Below are positions 54,779-62,659 of a DNA stretch of 64,000 bases, in pieces. The stretch's first letter is position 1; each line of letters opens with the position of its first letter. The stretch is from an uncultured Gammaproteobacteria bacterium (lineage in GTDB: Bacteria > Patescibacteriota > Patescibacteriia > SBBC01 > CAIJZX01), in assembly GCA_964383765.1 (NCBI GenBank), contig CAYLHT010000002.1, forward strand, positions 62,774-126,773. Reading direction: 5' to 3'. The notes beneath the pieces are model-generated. The model was not told the origin of the DNA. It made no database searches and saw only the letters and a list, made by a program, of their open reading frames with translations. The translations under genes and the position numbers were made by a program.

Positions 54779-56206
54779 ATGCGTCGGTCATTTTTGTTTT
54801 CATTACTGATTGGATTTTGCGGCGGGATTGGCCTGGCCGAGCTTTGGCATGTGCCGATGATCATCGTCGCGATTGGCGTTGGTGCTGGTTTGATTGTGAC
54901 GTCAGCTCCACGAACGAGGTTGATCGGATTACTGGTGATCGGGTTGTGTCTCGGATCGTGGCGGTGGACAGTTTCCACCAACCCGAAATCAAACAGCGTC
55001 GTTCAGTTCCTCGATCACTCTATCGAAGCGACTGGGGATGTTCTTGAAATGCCGATCGTCGACACCCAGCAGACTGTACTTCTAACGAATATTGAAACGA
55101 AGAATGCACGCTGGTCAGGAAAAGTACAAATCTCTTTGCCTCGATTTCCGGAATACCACCTGGGCCAACATTTGACCGTGCGCTGCACGCCGATGGGATT
55201 TACTCCGACTCAACGTTGGCGCCAATGGTCGCACGGAGTTCAAGTACGATGTTTCAACGCGACGGTTGTTCATCTGACTTCAGTTGCGCCGTCCCTTCGT
55301 TTACAGCTCGGAAAAATCGAAGCGGCGGTGGTTACGTATATTCATCGATCGTACAACGAACCACAAGCGTCGCTACTCGCCGGAATTATTTTGGGAAATC
55401 AGAATGGCATGCCGGCTGAACTGACTCAAGCATTCCAAGCCACCGGCACAACGCACATTATCGCCCTCTCCGGTTTCAACGTGACGATTATCGTCAGCTC
55501 AGTGATGGTCGTCTTGGTGCGGTTAATCGGCCGGCGGTGGGCCTGGATTCCGGGCCTACTGTTGGTGATCCTGTTTGTGGTTATGTCAGGGGCGTCGGCA
55601 TCGGTCGTGAGAGCAGCGGTCATGGCAGTCATTGTCCAGCTCGGTTTGTTCCTTGGTCGGCCGATTCATCCGGCACGGCTCTTGTCGTATACCGCCCTGA
55701 TCATGCTCTGGGAGAATCCGCTGATCCTACTCCACGATTTAGGATTTCAGTTGTCCTTTCTCGCGACTTTTGGACTCGTGTTCTTGTCGAAGCCGCTAGC
55801 TACGAAGCTGACAAGAATTCCTGAAACTCTAGGGCTTCGAGAAAATTTAGCGACGACGCTCTCGGCCATTATCGCGACTGAGCCGTTGTTGTTGTGGCGC
55901 TTCGGTCGGCTGTCACTGATTGCGCCGCTGGTCAATATTGTCGTCCTGCCGATGATCCCATTGGCGATGGGATTGGGTACACTGAGCTTGGTTGGAATGG
56001 CGGTTCCTCTGATCGCCACGCCAATCGTAGCAACCACGGACGCGTTATTGCGAATTATTCTCATATGCATAACGACCGGCTCCAGATTACCGATCGCGTT
56101 AGTGTACTTGCCAGCAGTACTGACGAGTTTGGCCGGTTTAGCATTCCTCTTGATTACCATTCGTCTTATTCATAGTCCATGTGTAGATGAAACTCATCCT
56201 GCTTAG
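54779..56206 (+). CDS. comEC: Competence protein ComEC/Rec2: N-terminal DUF4131 plus competence (channel) domains.
   Basis: Polytopic. Contains LSGFNVTIIVSSVMVV...SASVVRAAVMAVIVQLG, the typical ComEC core. It lacks the MBL domain, which is encoded by the next ORF. Confidence 0.8.
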   Translation: MRRSFLFSLLIGFCGGIGLAELWHVPMIIVAIGVGAGLIVTSAPRTRLIGLLVIGLCLGSWRWTVSTNPKSNSVVQFLDHSIEATGDVLEMPIVDTQQTVLLTNIETKNARWSGKVQISLPRFPEYHLGQHLTVRCTPMGFTPTQRWRQWSHGVQVRCFNATVVHLTSVAPSLRLQLGKIEAAVVTYIHRSYNEPQASLLAGIILGNQNGMPAELTQAFQATGTTHIIALSGFNVTIIVSSVMVVLVRLIGRRWAWIPGLLLVILFVVMSGASASVVRAAVMAVIVQLGLFLGRPIHPARLLSYTALIMLWENPLILLHDLGFQLSFLATFGLVFLSKPLATKLTRIPETLGLRENLATTLSAIIATEPLLLWRFGRLSLIAPLVNIVVLPMIPLAMGLGTLSLVGMAVPLIATPIVATTDALLRIILICITTGSRLPIALVYLPAVLTSLAGLAFLLITIRLIHSPCVDETHPA

Positions 56207-57050
56207 CCTGGTAGTGGTCGTGTTTTTAGCGGCCTGGGCAATACCCAAACCGCGGCATCAGGGCTGCGCGTTTACCGCGCTCGATATCGGCCAAGGGGAT
56301 AGTCTGCTGATTCAAACCCCTGATCACCAAGACATTCTGATTGACGGCGGACCGAGCGATCAGGTCGTAGAGAAACTAGGAAAATACTTGCCATTCGGCG
56401 ATCGTGATCTTGAGCTGGTGGTCTTAACTCATCCCCATGCCGATCATGTGAATGGTCTGGTGGCCGTGACGCAGAGATTCACGGTTCGACAGGTTATACT
56501 GACCGAGGTGAAATTTCAACAAGGCGCCTACGCCGCCTGGCTGGATGAACTTTCCCAGCAACATATTCCTGAGCACGTCGCCGTGTCAGGCCAACGCTAT
56601 GTGATTGGTGCGGCCACGTTGGATGTACTGTGGCCGAATCGTGATTTGTCTCACGACTCGATCGAGAAAGATAATGCGGCCAATGGTGGGGGAGTGAACG
56701 ACAGCTCGATTGTCTTGCGGCTGACCTGTGACCGTAGCCGGGCGATGCTGATGGGCGATGCATCGAGTGAGATTGAAGACAGAATTCTCGAACGTGGCGG
56801 AGATGTTCGGGCCGATTTGCTCAAAGTCGGTCACCACGGTTCTCGATTTTCGTCGGGTGTGAAATTCTTGGCGTCAGTTCAACCAGTGTGGGCGGTGATT
56901 TCCGATGGTGTCAACAACCGGTATCATCATCCACACCCGACTGCGCTTCTGCGCCTTCAACAGGTTGGAGCGAAGATTCTACGGACAGACCTAAGCGGAG
57001 ATATTAGACTAGAGACTGATGGGTTTGGGCATTGGCAAAGGCGCAAGTAG
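56187..57050 (+). CDS. comEC: ComEC C-terminal metallo-beta-lactamase domain, as a separate overlapping ORF.
   Basis: HPHADHVNGL and DGGPSD motifs. Overlaps the upstream ORF by 20 nt in another frame. This is either a genuinely split gene or a frameshift. Confidence 0.7.
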   Translation: MKLILLSLVVVVFLAAWAIPKPRHQGCAFTALDIGQGDSLLIQTPDHQDILIDGGPSDQVVEKLGKYLPFGDRDLELVVLTHPHADHVNGLVAVTQRFTVRQVILTEVKFQQGAYAAWLDELSQQHIPEHVAVSGQRYVIGAATLDVLWPNRDLSHDSIEKDNAANGGGVNDSSIVLRLTCDRSRAMLMGDASSEIEDRILERGGDVRADLLKVGHHGSRFSSGVKFLASVQPVWAVISDGVNNRYHHPHPTALLRLQQVGAKILRTDLSGDIRLETDGFGHWQRRK

Positions 57051-57077
57051 GGTGTTTGCCTACGTCAAAAAGTGCAT

Positions 57078-57103
57078 TGGCGGGCCCAAGGGGATTTGAA
57101 CCC
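57078..57103 (-). other. tRNA-Asp-like 3' segment (T-arm plus acceptor plus CCA) lacking an adjacent 5' half. Its complementary 5' half lies at 57283-57308.
   Basis: GGGTTCAAATCCCCTTGGGCCCGCCA (- strand) differs from the tRNA-Asp 3' end by one acceptor base. The matching 5' segment GGGCCCATGGTGTAGCCCGGTTAACC at 57283-57308 carries the compensatory change. Confidence 0.5.
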
Positions 57104-57151
57104 GTCTCGTTCCGCTGGGCGGAACTCGACTCCTCCGTGCCGCTTCGCTCC

Positions 57152-57229
57152 TGGCGGACCCAAGGGGATTTGAACCCCTGATCTTCTCCGTGACAGGGAG
57201 ACGTGTTAACCGGGCTACACCATGGGTCC
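57152..57229 (-). tRNA. tRNA-Asp (anticodon GUC) with encoded CCA.
   Basis: Manual fold of the reverse complement: acceptor GGACCCA/TGGGTCC, D-arm GTGT...ACAC, anticodon stem TCTCC/GGAGA with loop CTGTCAC, T-arm AGGGG-TTCAAAT-CCCCT, discriminator G, CCA. Confidence 0.85.
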
Positions 57230-57368
57230 CCAGGAGCGAAGCGGATTGAAAATGTGTTTGGCGTGCCTGCCCAGCTTCACATCGAGTCTCGAGATGTGGG
57301 GCTGGGTTAACCGGGCTACACCATGGGCCCAAAAAGAAATGCCGGACCAGCGTAGCACCGAAAGGCTG

Positions 57369-57408
57369 TTTTGTCTAGACAAAACACACCCCGCGAGGCG
57401 GGGTGTGT
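57369..57408 (-). terminator. Terminator hairpins downstream of the NHL-repeat gene, with bidirectional potential.
   Basis: Perfect palindrome TTTTGTCTAGACAAAA, then stem ACACACCCCGC-GAG-GCGGGGTGTGT. On the - strand the GC stem is followed by TTTTGTCT. Confidence 0.5.
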
Positions 57409-57420
57409 TTGTTGGCTGAA

Positions 57421-59424
57421 TTACTTCAGACTGATCGACCGGATCAAATCGTTCAGTTGGTCAGCCACCAAGACGGTCTTATTCGAGAGCAACAGGACGC
57501 CACGCGGGGTGTTGAAGGTGGCATGCGTTTGGTCAGCGTTGAAGTTGCCGCGCTTGCCTGACCCGGCGAGCAACGAGATCGTTTTCTTGGCGAGGTCAAT
57601 CACGCGGACGGTATTACTCCCCGTTTCAGTCAGCAGCAAGGTGTTGCCCAGGCCCCGGGCTAAAGTTTGAGGATAGGCCAGGACTGCCTGAGACCACTTC
57701 CCATTCTGCAATCCAACGTTGCCATTGCCCATGAGCTTCGTGACTTGCTTGGTCTTCAGGTTCAAGCTATCGACCGTATTGCCAGTTTCATCAGCGATGT
57801 ACAGGGTTTTCTGGTCGGTGCTCAAGACCAAGCTGTTCGGTCGTTTGAAGCGAGCTTTTGATCCGATCCCGTCTTTAATGCCAGCAGTACTGTTGCCCGC
57901 CAGAAGCTTGGTATTACCGGTGGCGACGTCGACGCTACGAATCCGGTGGTTAAAACTATCGGCCACGTAGAGAGTTTTCCCGTTGGCACTGATGGCGATG
58001 CCGGTCGGTCGGTCAAAGTAGGCACACCCAGCCACACCGGTGTCGGTCATTCCCGGGCAAGGGGTACCCTCAGCGTAGCCGTTGGCGGTACCACTGAAAA
58101 CATTGAATTTGCCGGCGCCAGTCAGCGTGGTGATTTCATTGTTGGCCAAGTTCAGAACCCGAATGCGGTTGTTATTTCGATCGGCGAAGTAAATTTTGGT
58201 GCCGCCCGGGTTGATGGCAATTTGCTGGGGACCGCTGACGCGAGCAAGAGTGCCGATCCCATCCACGAAGTTGTCGTCTTGATGTCCGGCTAAGAACGTC
58301 AGGGTTTTGGCGGTCAGGTCAATGACTTTGAACTGATCGTTTTCCAGCAGGTAGATCTTTTTCTTGTCCGTTGATAATACCATTGCGACTGGCCGACCAG
58401 TGAGCGCTTGTGACAATGCTCCGTCGCGCTGGTTGCGACGATGGGCTCCGGCGATCTTGATTGGGTTAGCGCCGTCGAGGTCAGCGGTATACACGCTCGA
58501 TCCGGACTTGAACAACAAGTACATTTTTCCACCGCAGAAGGTGAGATCGGAGGCGTGATTATACCATTCAGTTTCAGCCACGGCCTGCAGCTGGGTGATC
58601 ACACCAGTACCCGGCACGTATTTCCAGATGTAATTGGTGGTGCCGTTCGTTCCGGAGACGAAGTAGACATCGCCGTTGTAGACCGTCACCCCCTCAGCGT
58701 CGACCATCCCAGTTTTCAAGTCCGTCACACTGCCGGTCGTTAGGTCAACGCTGGCAAAGGTCGAGGAGTTGTTGTGCATGACGTACAGCGTCGAACCAAG
58801 GATGTCCATCTTGCCGGGAGTCGTCAACGTCGCAAGCGTACTGCTGGCTTGCGTGACCAGGTTGACTTTCAGGATTTTATTGTGTCCGGTGTCGGCGACA
58901 AAGAGTGAGGTGCCATCAGTGGCCACGCCCTGCGGATTTTTTAATCCCGTCAGCCAGGCTGAAACTCCAATGCCATTCATCTTTCGCACCCGGTTATTGT
59001 CGGCATCGCTGACGTAGAATTCACCGGCTGGCCCCATCACGATGTCAGTTGGGGTGGTGAATTTGCTGCTGGCCAGTACACCATTCTTGAAACCATACTG
59101 TCCGGAGCCAGCGTAGGTGGTGATGACGTTACTGGTGTCGATTTTGCGGATGACGAAATTGCCAGTATCAGCGATGTACAGGTTGCACGAACTGTCCGCG
59201 ACAAAACCCTGGGGGGTGTCGAGGAAGGCGCTGTTGGCGTCCCCACCGTCGCCGTCGTACGTTTTACTGAAATACGTCTTGACGTCACCGTACTTGGCCT
59301 GGGCCGGAATGGCGGTGGTGAGAGAAACCAAAACGACGGTCAGCAGGGCTGACGCGCGAGTGAGATGTCGCATAGGCATGTTGTTCGTTAGTTTGTAGAC
59401 GCTAGTATAGCATGGCGGAGACAA
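57421..59424 (-). CDS. Secreted NHL-repeat (six-bladed beta-propeller) protein (667 aa).
   Basis: Signal peptide. Repeated YxADxxNxRIRxx units: YVSDADNNRVRKM, YFADRNNNRIRVL, YVADSFNHRIRSV, and more. Confidence 0.75.
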   Translation of the reverse strand: MSPPCYTSVYKLTNNMPMRHLTRASALLTVVLVSLTTAIPAQAKYGDVKTYFSKTYDGDGGDANSAFLDTPQGFVADSSCNLYIADTGNFVIRKIDTSNVITTYAGSGQYGFKNGVLASSKFTTPTDIVMGPAGEFYVSDADNNRVRKMNGIGVSAWLTGLKNPQGVATDGTSLFVADTGHNKILKVNLVTQASSTLATLTTPGKMDILGSTLYVMHNNSSTFASVDLTTGSVTDLKTGMVDAEGVTVYNGDVYFVSGTNGTTNYIWKYVPGTGVITQLQAVAETEWYNHASDLTFCGGKMYLLFKSGSSVYTADLDGANPIKIAGAHRRNQRDGALSQALTGRPVAMVLSTDKKKIYLLENDQFKVIDLTAKTLTFLAGHQDDNFVDGIGTLARVSGPQQIAINPGGTKIYFADRNNNRIRVLNLANNEITTLTGAGKFNVFSGTANGYAEGTPCPGMTDTGVAGCAYFDRPTGIAISANGKTLYVADSFNHRIRSVDVATGNTKLLAGNSTAGIKDGIGSKARFKRPNSLVLSTDQKTLYIADETGNTVDSLNLKTKQVTKLMGNGNVGLQNGKWSQAVLAYPQTLARGLGNTLLLTETGSNTVRVIDLAKKTISLLAGSGKRGNFNADQTHATFNTPRGVLLLSNKTVLVADQLNDLIRSISLK

Positions 59425-59470
59425 AAAATCAACGCCAGTACTGCTAACTGACGCTGCTCACTTCGAATTC

Positions 59471-59815
59471 TTACTTGGCCGCTTGTTTGACGATGGCGGC
59501 GAAAACTTCCGGCTGTGTGGCGGCCAGATCCGACAAAACTTTTCGATCCAGTTCAATCTTGGCCACCTTGAGTTTATGCATCAATTGACTATAGCTCATA
59601 TCGTGTTGCCGGGCGGCTGCGCCGATTCGAATTTGCCAGAGGGCGCGGAAATCACGTTTTTTCAGACGGCGATGGCGATAGGCGTGCACGCCAGCGCGGG
59701 TGGCGGCTTGGCGACCAAGCCGAATCGAAGATTTCCGTTTCCAGCGGAAGCCTTTAACGCGCTTGAGAAGATTTTTTCGCCGCTTGAGGTGGGCGACACC
59801 GCGTTTGACGCGCAT
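59471..59815 (-). CDS. rplT: 50S ribosomal protein L20.
   Basis: MRVKRGVAHLKRRKNLLKRVKGFRW... is characteristic bL20. Confidence 0.9.
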   Translation of the reverse strand: MRVKRGVAHLKRRKNLLKRVKGFRWKRKSSIRLGRQAATRAGVHAYRHRRLKKRDFRALWQIRIGAAARQHDMSYSQLMHKLKVAKIELDRKVLSDLAATQPEVFAAIVKQAAK

Positions 59816-59818
59816 AGG

Positions 59819-60022
59819 TTACGACGAATAGGGTAACAAGCGCTTCACGGCTGGGACATTGACCTCAGCCACCGACTCATCGCGTCGTTTACTCATGGTC
59901 CGGACGCCGCGGTCGCGCGAGTTAAAGTGGTCCTGGCCGGCGTGCCGTTTCAGGAATTTCTTACCCGCGGTTTGGCGAAAACGCTTGGCCGTTGCTTGGT
60001 GGGTCTTGAGCTTCAATTTCAT
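59819..60022 (-). CDS. rpmI: 50S ribosomal protein L35.
   Basis: MKLKLKTHQATAKRFRQTAGKKFLKR... is characteristic bL35. Canonical infC-rpmI-rplT order. Confidence 0.85.
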   Translation of the reverse strand: MKLKLKTHQATAKRFRQTAGKKFLKRHAGQDHFNSRDRGVRTMSKRRDESVAEVNVPAVKRLLPYSS

Positions 60023-60062
60023 AGCCGCGCTAGTGTACCGGAACTGGAACTACCCGTCAAGT

Positions 60063-60554
60063 CTACTTCTTCTTGCCGACAATCATCGTCAGCCGGTTGC
60101 CGAGCTGGCTGAGCGCCGATTCGACCACGACTTTATCACCCAAGTCAGTCGCAAATTGATCCATGGATTTCTTGGCTACGTCTTTCAAGGCATTTTCTCG
60201 GCCGCGCAGACGCATTTCCAACTGGACTTTATGACCTTCCTCTAAAAATTTCAGGGCCTGGGCTTTGCGGGTATCACGATCGTGCGGACCCATTTTGAAG
60301 GTAAGACGAATTCCTTTGAGATCGACTTTTTTCTGATGCGCCTTCGCCTTCCGTTCTTTCTTTTCTTGCTGGAATTGAAAAGCACCAAAATCCAAAATCT
60401 TAACGACTGGCGGCTTAGCCATCGGTGCGATCTCGACCAAATCCAAGCCCCGCTGCTGGGCCAAGGCTAAGGCCTGAGCGGTCTCCATCACACCGGCGTG
60501 TTTTCCCGTTTCGTCGATGACCGAGACCGGGGAGACCCGGATCTGGGCGTTCAC
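60063..60554 (-). CDS. infC: Translation initiation factor IF-3.
   Basis: ...IRVSPVSVIDETGKHAGVMETAQALALAQQRGLDLVEIAPMAKPPVVKILDFG... The true start may be a non-ATG codon nearby, as is typical for infC. Confidence 0.85.
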   Translation of the reverse strand: MNAQIRVSPVSVIDETGKHAGVMETAQALALAQQRGLDLVEIAPMAKPPVVKILDFGAFQFQQEKKERKAKAHQKKVDLKGIRLTFKMGPHDRDTRKAQALKFLEEGHKVQLEMRLRGRENALKDVAKKSMDQFATDLGDKVVVESALSQLGNRLTMIVGKKK

Positions 60555-60736
60555 CCGATAGTGTTTAGGCGGAATAGTGTTTTTGTGATTGGCTAAATCG
60601 CCCCTTTGCAGGGCTCAGGGCGCTCGACCCGAAGAACGGATGAGGCGTCAAGCGGCTAATTGTCGTGCGGGTTACTAGTCAAGGCAGAAAAGGTGTAGGG
60701 AAAGTATAGAGTAAAGTCTTGACGATCGCAAGCTGG

Positions 60737-60765
60737 TTGACAAAATGGTGTTTTTGCGCTAGTCT
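60737..60765 (+). promoter_or_regulatory. Promoter candidate TTGACA-17-TAGTCT upstream of the tmRNA gene.
   Basis: TTGACA at 60737-60742, a 17-nt spacer, TAGTCT at 60760-60765. It would place element B2 in the pre-tmRNA 5' leader. Confidence 0.4.
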
Positions 60766-60801
60766 CAGCCGTACTGAACCTTCGCCGGCCTGCACTTATC
60801 T

Positions 60802-60881
60802 GTCATTTCGAGGAGCGTAGCGACGAGAAATCTGCTTTGGAACCTGTTGATCATAGATTCCTCGCTAGAGCTCGGAATGAC
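60802..60881. repeat. Nested inverted-repeat element family B, copy 2 (80 nt), 18 nt upstream of the mature tmRNA 5' end.
   Basis: GTCATTTCGAGG...GAGAAATCT...AGATTCCTC...CTCGGAATGAC. Same architecture as copy 1. The outer stem keeps pairing through a U-G wobble. Confidence 0.55.
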
Positions 60882-60898
60882 ACTATGGGTACTGGCCG

Positions 60899-61300
60899 GG
60901 GGATGTTCAAACGTCGAACGATCGTTGAGAACTCAAGACTATCGTGCCGACACGCCAACAACGTCGTAAAAATGTTGGAATGAGATACGTGCCAAAACAC
61001 TTCTCAGCAGACTTCGGGACAGCGTAGCTTCGGCTTTCGCCCAACCGTCGTTTGTTCCTGCCGTCGCCTAAACCGCGACTGCCATCCGTCCAGGCGACTC
61101 CGACTAGCCTGATCGCGGGTGTCATTTCTGTCGGGCCGGTGGGAGACTGTTCAGCGCTCTCACTGCGTACTGCCTGAACGCCGTCAGCAGGATTCTGGCC
61201 GACTCTGATCCTGGTGACGTAACTTGAGCCGGCTGCGCACGGGACCAGTAGTCTTCGGTTCTTCGTCGCCACGCGGGTGCAAGACCCGCCATCTCCACCA
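60899..61300 (+). ncRNA. ssrA: tmRNA (ssrA), ~402 nt.
   Basis: 3' end ACGCGGGTGCAAGACCCGCCATCTCCACCA parallels E. coli ACGCGGGUUCAACUCCCGCCAGCUCCACCA. The 5' GGGGATG pairs with CATCTCC including the G3-U70 wobble. A candidate tag frame ends ...FAQPSFVPAVA-TAA. An intrinsic terminator follows. Confidence 0.75.
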
Positions 61301-61304
61301 CAAG

Positions 61305-61335
61305 TCACCGTCTATGCTGACGGTGGTTTTTGTTT
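61305..61335 (+). terminator. Intrinsic terminator after tmRNA.
   Basis: Stem TCACCGTC-TATGCT-GACGGTG followed by GTTTTTGTTT. Confidence 0.6.
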
Positions 61336-61515
61336 GGGAGATAGTTTCTTAGGGAAAACATAGATCGAAGCCAACGCGATCACCGCGCTAATACCGCCGA
61401 AGAAAACGACATTGACCAGCAGATTCGCATCGGTACGCCAAGGCATCAACACCCGGCCCAAACCTGAGACAAGAAAGTAACATATGAGAAAAGTTATCCA
61501 AAATCTTTTTTTCAT
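61312..61515 (-). CDS. Small hypothetical membrane protein (67 aa).
   Basis: Two hydrophobic helices. Translationally coupled (ATGA overlap) with the upstream GNAT gene. Its 3' end overlaps the tmRNA terminator. Weak support. Confidence 0.35.
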   Translation of the reverse strand: MKKRFWITFLICYFLVSGLGRVLMPWRTDANLLVNVVFFGGISAVIALASIYVFPKKLSPKQKPPSA

Positions 61516-61994
61516 GGTTTGAGTCTTTTCCTTTTCGGCGCGCCCAAGCGTCCGCGTCGTGGTCGAGTTGCAAGTCCTTTAGTCCACTCGCGAGTCACGT
61601 GGTTGGATTGCCAACCAAGTCGACGATGAAGTTTTTGAATATATGGGTTGTTCGTGACCGCGTAGGCTAGCAGGAAGTAAGCTTTGCGTCGTCGTGCCTC
61701 GCTTTCCATCGCTTCCAACAACGTTCGACCGATTCCCTGACTGCGGTATTTTTTTGACACGACAATATACTGAGATAAATATCCGGCCACGATTTTTTCG
61801 GCAATCGTAAATCCAATGATTTGTTTATTCATCACCGCTATCAGAAAAATGTGTTTACCTTTCACTACGCGTTGGTAATATTCCAGCGGCAGGTACCACC
61901 CCGGCGCAATCGCGATTTCCGGAACTCGGCCGAGTCTTTCGACGGCACGGCAATCAGACAGACGGGCAGCGCGAATTGAAAATGTAATTTTCAT
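61512..61994 (-). CDS. GNAT-family N-acetyltransferase.
   Basis: Acetyl-CoA binding motif region VVSKKYRSQGIGRTLLE. Confidence 0.7.
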   Translation of the reverse strand: MKITFSIRAARLSDCRAVERLGRVPEIAIAPGWYLPLEYYQRVVKGKHIFLIAVMNKQIIGFTIAEKIVAGYLSQYIVVSKKYRSQGIGRTLLEAMESEARRRKAYFLLAYAVTNNPYIQKLHRRLGWQSNHVTREWTKGLATRPRRGRLGAPKRKRLKP

Positions 61995-62437
61995 GCTTTC
62001 ACCCTCATCGCCCGTCGAATTTTCCTTTCGACCTCACGTTTTTTGATCGATGCACGTTTATCAAATTGTTTTTTCCCCCGCGCCAACCCGAGTTCAACCT
62101 TCACTAATCCTTGCTTATCGTAAATTGAAAGCGGCACTAAGGTCAAACCCTGACTTCGTAAACTTCCAATGAGCCTATCGATGTCCCGACGTCGAACCAG
62201 TAACCGGCGACTACGGGTGGGATCATGTTTCATTTGTGAAGCCGGTTTGTAGGCGCCGACATGGGCGTTGATTAACCACAGTTCGCTATTGCGAATCGTG
62301 GCGTAGCTGCCTTTCAAACTGGTGTTGCCGCCCTTGATTGATTTGACCTCGGGTCCGGTCAAGGAAATGCCGGCTTCCATTGTTTCAAGTATCTGGAATT
62401 TATGGCGGGCGTCGCGATTGGTGGCGAAGGTAGGCAT
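61991..62437 (-). CDS. smpB: SsrA-binding protein SmpB.
   Basis: ...ATNRDARHKFQILETMEAGISLTGPEVKSIKGG...LLVRRRDIDRL... Start set at MPTFATN; the upstream 19 codons of the tracked ORF are unlikely. About 1 kb from ssrA. Confidence 0.85.
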   Translation of the reverse strand: MPTFATNRDARHKFQILETMEAGISLTGPEVKSIKGGNTSLKGSYATIRNSELWLINAHVGAYKPASQMKHDPTRSRRLLVRRRDIDRLIGSLRSQGLTLVPLSIYDKQGLVKVELGLARGKKQFDKRASIKKREVERKIRRAMRVKA

Positions 62438-62659
62438 GCGGAAAGTGTACCAGAAAAGTAGCTTCGCCGCTGTCATGGTGCCTGCCCGCCGCATGGCTTC
62501 GGCAGGCGGGAGCCCGCTCCACTGACCCTTCGACTAGGGTCCTCCGCTGTGCTTCGGACCCTCGCCTCTCGTTAGCCTCGGGTCGGCTCAGGGTGACAGT
62601 GGAGCGGAGCCACGCAGTGGCTAGTCGAACCATCAGCGGCGATAGTGTATACTTTCGGT

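Noticed and set aside
57060-57332. 90-aa ORF on the - strand (MGPWCSPVNPAPHLE...)
   Set aside because: It is the translation of tRNA-Asp and tRNA-like segments. GSNP and IPLGPP peptides are T-arm artefacts.
60907-61308. 133-aa ORF on the - strand
   Set aside because: It lies entirely within the tmRNA gene and its terminator on the opposite strand and has no coding features.
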